In this document: piece after piece, positions 23,408-26,397 of the stretch
How positions within the stretch are numbered: position 1 is the first letter of the stretch
How the letters are laid out: the number at the start of each line of letters is the position of its first letter
From: a virus
Lineage: Duplodnaviria; Caudoviricetes
Virus record (IMG/VR): IMGVR_UViG_3300033067_000794
Location: 1 to 26,397 of that record
Length of the DNA stretch: 26,397 nucleotides
Reading direction: 5' to 3' (one strand)
Program-made: the position numbers and the translations under genes
Notes under the pieces: generated by a model
What the model saw: only the letters and a program-made list of their open reading frames with translations
Database searches by the model: none
Told to the model about the DNA's origin: nothing

Positions 23408-24573
23408 TTTAAATGCTGCAATGCACGTTGAAAATTACCAGAATCATATACTGCTTTACAAGCCAACGTAATGGGGTGCGTTCCATCAATCGTATATAAA
23501 TTATTCCAGATTCCAGAATCTCTTGCCGTCTCCATGACATCAGCCACTTCTACAAATCCACAATTGCCATGATTGCCTTTGCGGATATCTGCATTAACAA
23601 GCACTCTCTGAGCATTACTTGCCCCTGTCGTCTGATTGCCTGGCGTTGCGAATCCGTCAGTTGATGATGCTAGTGGTGGTATTGTTGATCTATAAAATGG
23701 TTTTCCTGGAAATAACGCACGAACAGTAAGGGTGTCAGTTTTAATTTGTGCTGCCGTTCTTGAGGCACCAAGATCATTGACGCCATGCTGGCAAAATACA
23801 TGGCTGTAGTATTTAGCTAATGTTAATCTTTTGGCTCCTTGCCCTGTCGCCCAATTCTGTATCTTTTCACCACCAACGCCATAATTACCCGTTGCAAATA
23901 TTGATCCTAAAGACCTGCCGACTTCACCAACCAATAACAAAATATCATTCGGACTATCATACCCGTATCCTATTCTGGAATCGCCCAATAGGAAAAAAGT
24001 TACTTCATCAGTCATGCCGATAATAGCAGAAGGCATAAATTTATTTGATGGGTCATTGGGACTTGGAATTGTGCCAACGCCCATAGAAATATCATCTAAC
24101 GCCGTTGCGCTAAATTTGCACCTTTCAAGATTTGATGGGGTAGTTCCATTATTAGATATTAAAATTCCGCCGGTTTCGTTATATTGATAAGACCAAATTA
24201 AGAATATTTCACCTTTTTTTATTGTCAAATTAATTGGGTCAGAAATAAGCTCATTACCTGGGGTTATTGTTCCTGTATCGCTTCCTGAAAACGTAACGCG
24301 AGTAAAAACACCTGTAGGGTACTCTATGCTTACTCTAATGTCATGACTTACAGCATAATCCACTTCGCTTACGCCGCCGAATGTTGCTGGATTTTGTAAG
24401 CGCCAACCGCAATAGACCAGCTGAAACCAGGAAACATTAGTCATCATATTGTGCTGCGTTACAGACTGGCAATATTTATAACTTGCATTTTCTGAATGTG
24501 AAGGGTTAATTCTTGATGCTACTGCGCCTAAGTATTTTCCTGACGTTGTTCCTATTGATGTAAAAATTCCCAT
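23404..24573 (-). CDS. SGNH/GDSL hydrolase-domain protein (389 aa), probable tail-associated esterase/deacetylase
   Basis: Blocks LLGDSR, NYGVGG, HGVND, DGTHP after a beta-rich N-terminal domain; GAGGA RBS; AT-rich. Confidence 0.85.
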   Translation of the reverse strand: MGIFTSIGTTSGKYLGAVASRINPSHSENASYKYCQSVTQHNMMTNVSWFQLVYCGWRLQNPATFGGVSEVDYAVSHDIRVSIEYPTGVFTRVTFSGSDTGTITPGNELISDPINLTIKKGEIFLIWSYQYNETGGILISNNGTTPSNLERCKFSATALDDISMGVGTIPSPNDPSNKFMPSAIIGMTDEVTFFLLGDSRIGYGYDSPNDILLLVGEVGRSLGSIFATGNYGVGGEKIQNWATGQGAKRLTLAKYYSHVFCQHGVNDLGASRTAAQIKTDTLTVRALFPGKPFYRSTIPPLASSTDGFATPGNQTTGASNAQRVLVNADIRKGNHGNCGFVEVADVMETARDSGIWNNLYTIDGTHPITLACKAVYDSGNFQRALQHLK

Positions 24574-24587
24574 TATTTAAATATCCT

Positions 24588-24794
24588 CTAATTATTTGAT
24601 CTTCCTCTGGAAATCCCAGAATTTTTAATTAACGCAATCCCTGATTTAAAAACCAGCATTTCAGGAATAGTTTTCCCGAATTGCCATGCTCCATTTGCTA
24701 ATGCGCTCGAACCGGCCGTTATAGAATCACCAAGAACAATTGCTGTTCTTTTGTTCTGATAGCCTCCTGGTCTTGATAATACAAAACTACCCAT
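24588..24794 (-). pseudogene. Truncated SGNH hydrolase fragment
   Basis: Has block I (IVLGDSIT) and the start of block II (NSGIS), then stops; no GxND or DxxH. Confidence 0.7.
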
Positions 24795-24818
24795 CACACA
24801 CCGCCAATAAATTTGTTA

Positions 24819-24908
24819 TTAACCATTTCTAATCCTCAAATAAAGGGTTACATCTTTCGTTATGTCGTTAATCGTGCCGTCTGACACGGTTATTCTGATC
24901 GTAAAGAG
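24819..24908 (-). pseudogene. 3' remnant of a fibre-adaptor-like gene
   Basis: Reads LFTIRITVSDGTINDITKDVTLYLRIRNG-stop, similar to the C-terminus LFTVTNHTIKSDGGEDDVTLQFKVADA of the 166-aa gene; no credible start of its own. Confidence 0.55.
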
Positions 24909-24913
24909 GCTCG

Positions 24914-25366
24914 TTATACTGCCCCTACCGACAACACAAAGCTCCACTTAGCGCCTGTACCTGTGAGCCCGGAAGCGGTTACGTAATAGTAATCGTGCTC
25001 CGTAATATCCTCCCCATCATTCGGCCCTAATACCTCGTCCCTATCTGTCCCGGATAGTACGAACGTACCCGCTAAAGTTCCGCCGGTTCCGGAATTATTA
25101 GAATTCCCGTACATCGTAACCGTAGCCGATACCGCACCATCACCCGTGATACTGGCCTTCGCGGACCTCTTCCCTACCGGCAGCTTAGGGCAATTCGCTA
25201 CAGTTCCGTTAGCCGTAACTCCTTTCGCTAACGTGTAATCTCGGCGCTGCAGTTCCAGTCGTCCGTCTGGCATAACGGCAAGAGATACTTCTCGTCCTGT
25301 TCGTGTATCCAGACCCGTTACGATATACGTAGCGACCTTTTCATCTATCCCAATTACCTCAGCCAT
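24914..25366 (-). CDS. Hypothetical beta-rich virion-associated protein (150 aa)
   Basis: Gly/Thr-rich ORF with AGGAG RBS, overlapping the upstream stop. Confidence 0.7.
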   Translation of the reverse strand: MAEVIGIDEKVATYIVTGLDTRTGREVSLAVMPDGRLELQRRDYTLAKGVTANGTVANCPKLPVGKRSAKASITGDGAVSATVTMYGNSNNSGTGGTLAGTFVLSGTDRDEVLGPNDGEDITEHDYYYVTASGLTGTGAKWSFVLSVGAV

Positions 25367-25682
25367 TCTGTTCTCCTACCTTTGGCGGCGCGTCGCTCGC
25401 TTTGTTAAACATGTTATCCAGCCCGTACCCCGCGGCGAGGGATCCACCTATTTCTAAAAGGGATACGCTGTAACTGGCCGGATGGATAATGGCTATCCCG
25501 TATGCTGCGGCCAATATAGCGGAAAACGCGTTGAGAGTAGACCTTTTATCGTGAAAAAGGTACTCTCTAAGCGTATCTTGCGTAGTGAAATGCAGATTTT
25601 TCTTTTCGTAATAATGGTACAGGAGCCCAATTAGGCACAATAAAAGAGAAATCAAAAACATGTAATACTGATACATACTCAT
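25359..25682 (-). CDS. Putative holin (107 aa, 2-3 TM segments)
   Basis: Hydrophobic segments YMFLISLLLCLIGLLY, AFSAILAAAYGIAII, LLEIGGSLAAGYG; charged C-terminus; TAAGGA RBS; upstream of the endolysin. Confidence 0.6.
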   Translation of the reverse strand: MSMYQYYMFLISLLLCLIGLLYHYYEKKNLHFTTQDTLREYLFHDKRSTLNAFSAILAAAYGIAIIHPASYSVSLLEIGGSLAAGYGLDNMFNKASDAPPKVGEQNG

Positions 25683-25690
25683 TTTCCTTA

Positions 25691-26397
25691 TTAATACGAG
25701 CTGTTCGCGAAATAATCTAAGCCGAAGTCAATTCCTATTACAGAAGCCGTGGCGTTATTCGTCCGCCAGTCGGATCTTCTGGCAAAATAAGAGGTAGCCG
25801 AGGGTAACTGCGTACCGGAAACCGTTCCCGTTAGAGTTCCCCTCGTTACATCCCCTGTGTTCAACCGTTTTAACTGGTATCCTACTTTCAGATCCGTCTC
25901 TGCGAATCCGAGCAAAAGTAATTCGTACCAATCCACAGCAGCGGTATTGGCCGGGAAATTAGCGCCTAAATCGATAGGGGTTTGGGCCGCTGATCCTCCG
26001 TAGAATACCATCATGTTAGTATCGGAGGCCCCGTACCCTACGCCTATTGAATTGGTTAGGGTAGAGGGTTCTACATTCGACGGGGCCCCGGCAGCGCCTA
26101 CCCCCGTAAATTTACGTGCCCCGGAGATAGTCTGAGGATCCCCGAACTGGGTAGCCCTTACAAATCCACCTTTGAAAGACCCGTCAGTTCCAAGATGATC
26201 TGAAGCAGCCGCTACCCTAGTCCCACATAACTGCCCTGATGAAGCCGAGGTGTCGTACCCTATCTTCCTTTTCCTGGAATATAAATTGGTAGTAGCGAAC
26301 GCGCGACCTGTAGCCGTACCTGTATTAGTTAATGTGGGAACGCCTATAGACGCCAAAGTAGTTGCAGACCAGCCGAACGGGTGCCAAAAAGCCTCTA
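25691..26397 (-). CDS. Tail fibre protein, C-terminal part (starts beyond right edge)
   Basis: Frame stays open upstream of 26356 to the edge (EAFWHPFGWSATTLASIG...); GTATGRAFATTNLYSR.R.IGY...NVEPSTLTNSIGVG....PIDLGANFPANT pattern of phage fibre tips. Confidence 0.75.
   Translation of the reverse strand, partial: EAFWHPFGWSATTLASIGVPTLTNTGTATGRAFATTNLYSRKRKIGYDTSASSGQLCGTRVAAASDHLGTDGSFKGGFVRATQFGDPQTISGARKFTGVGAAGAPSNVEPSTLTNSIGVGYGASDTNMMVFYGGSAAQTPIDLGANFPANTAAVDWYELLLLGFAETDLKVGYQLKRLNTGDVTRGTLTGTVSGTQLPSATSYFARRSDWRTNNATASVIGIDFGLDYFANSSY

Larger units (their letters stand above)
1..26397 (-). mobile_element. Tailed phage/prophage late region (virion structure, ejection proteins, lysis), probably podovirus-type
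   Basis: Densely packed co-oriented genes: holin-like, endolysin, nested spanins, fibre proteins, ejection-type proteins. No host housekeeping genes. No integrase or att site in the window, so free phage versus prophage cannot be decided. Confidence 0.93.

Noticed and set aside
23170-24912. Insert as an IS/transposon; weak flank complementarity (GAGCCTCTT ... AAGAGACCGGCTT)
   Set aside because: No transposase, terminal inverted repeats or target-site duplication; the flank match is too short to trust.
1-26397. Stop-codon reassignment
   Set aside because: Standard code gives near-complete gene tiling, and TAA, TAG and TGA all end genes at sensible boundaries.

Overview
This window is the virion-structure and lysis region of a tailed phage or prophage. 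The embedded Rz/Rz1 spanin pair implies a Gram-negative host, and the ejection-type genes with no visible tape measure or sheath suggest a podovirus-type virion. Almost all genes are on the minus strand. In transcription order: tail-fibre C-terminus (cut by the right edge), holin-like gene, small virion gene, a ~1.7 kb AT-rich foreign insert (SGNH esterase plus three gene fragments), a small secreted protein, a GH46-like endolysin, three 'small beta-subunit + long repeat protein' fibre modules with the spanins among them, conserved tail/virion genes, and ejection proteins. The last of these is a giant polyvalent protein with a pyrophosphatase-like domain; it runs off the left edge and is missing from the ORF track. 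The only credible plus-strand gene is a Hef-like homing endonuclease. Best leads: (1) four small subunit genes matching four distinct repeat classes in neighbouring long proteins, suggesting templated segmented fibres; (2) a small basic gene with a perfect Shine-Dalgarno overprinted inside the giant ejection protein; (3) a structured leader RNA whose loop can pair with either a decoy site or the endonuclease ribosome-binding site. Family assignments come from motif recognition by eye, not database searches.
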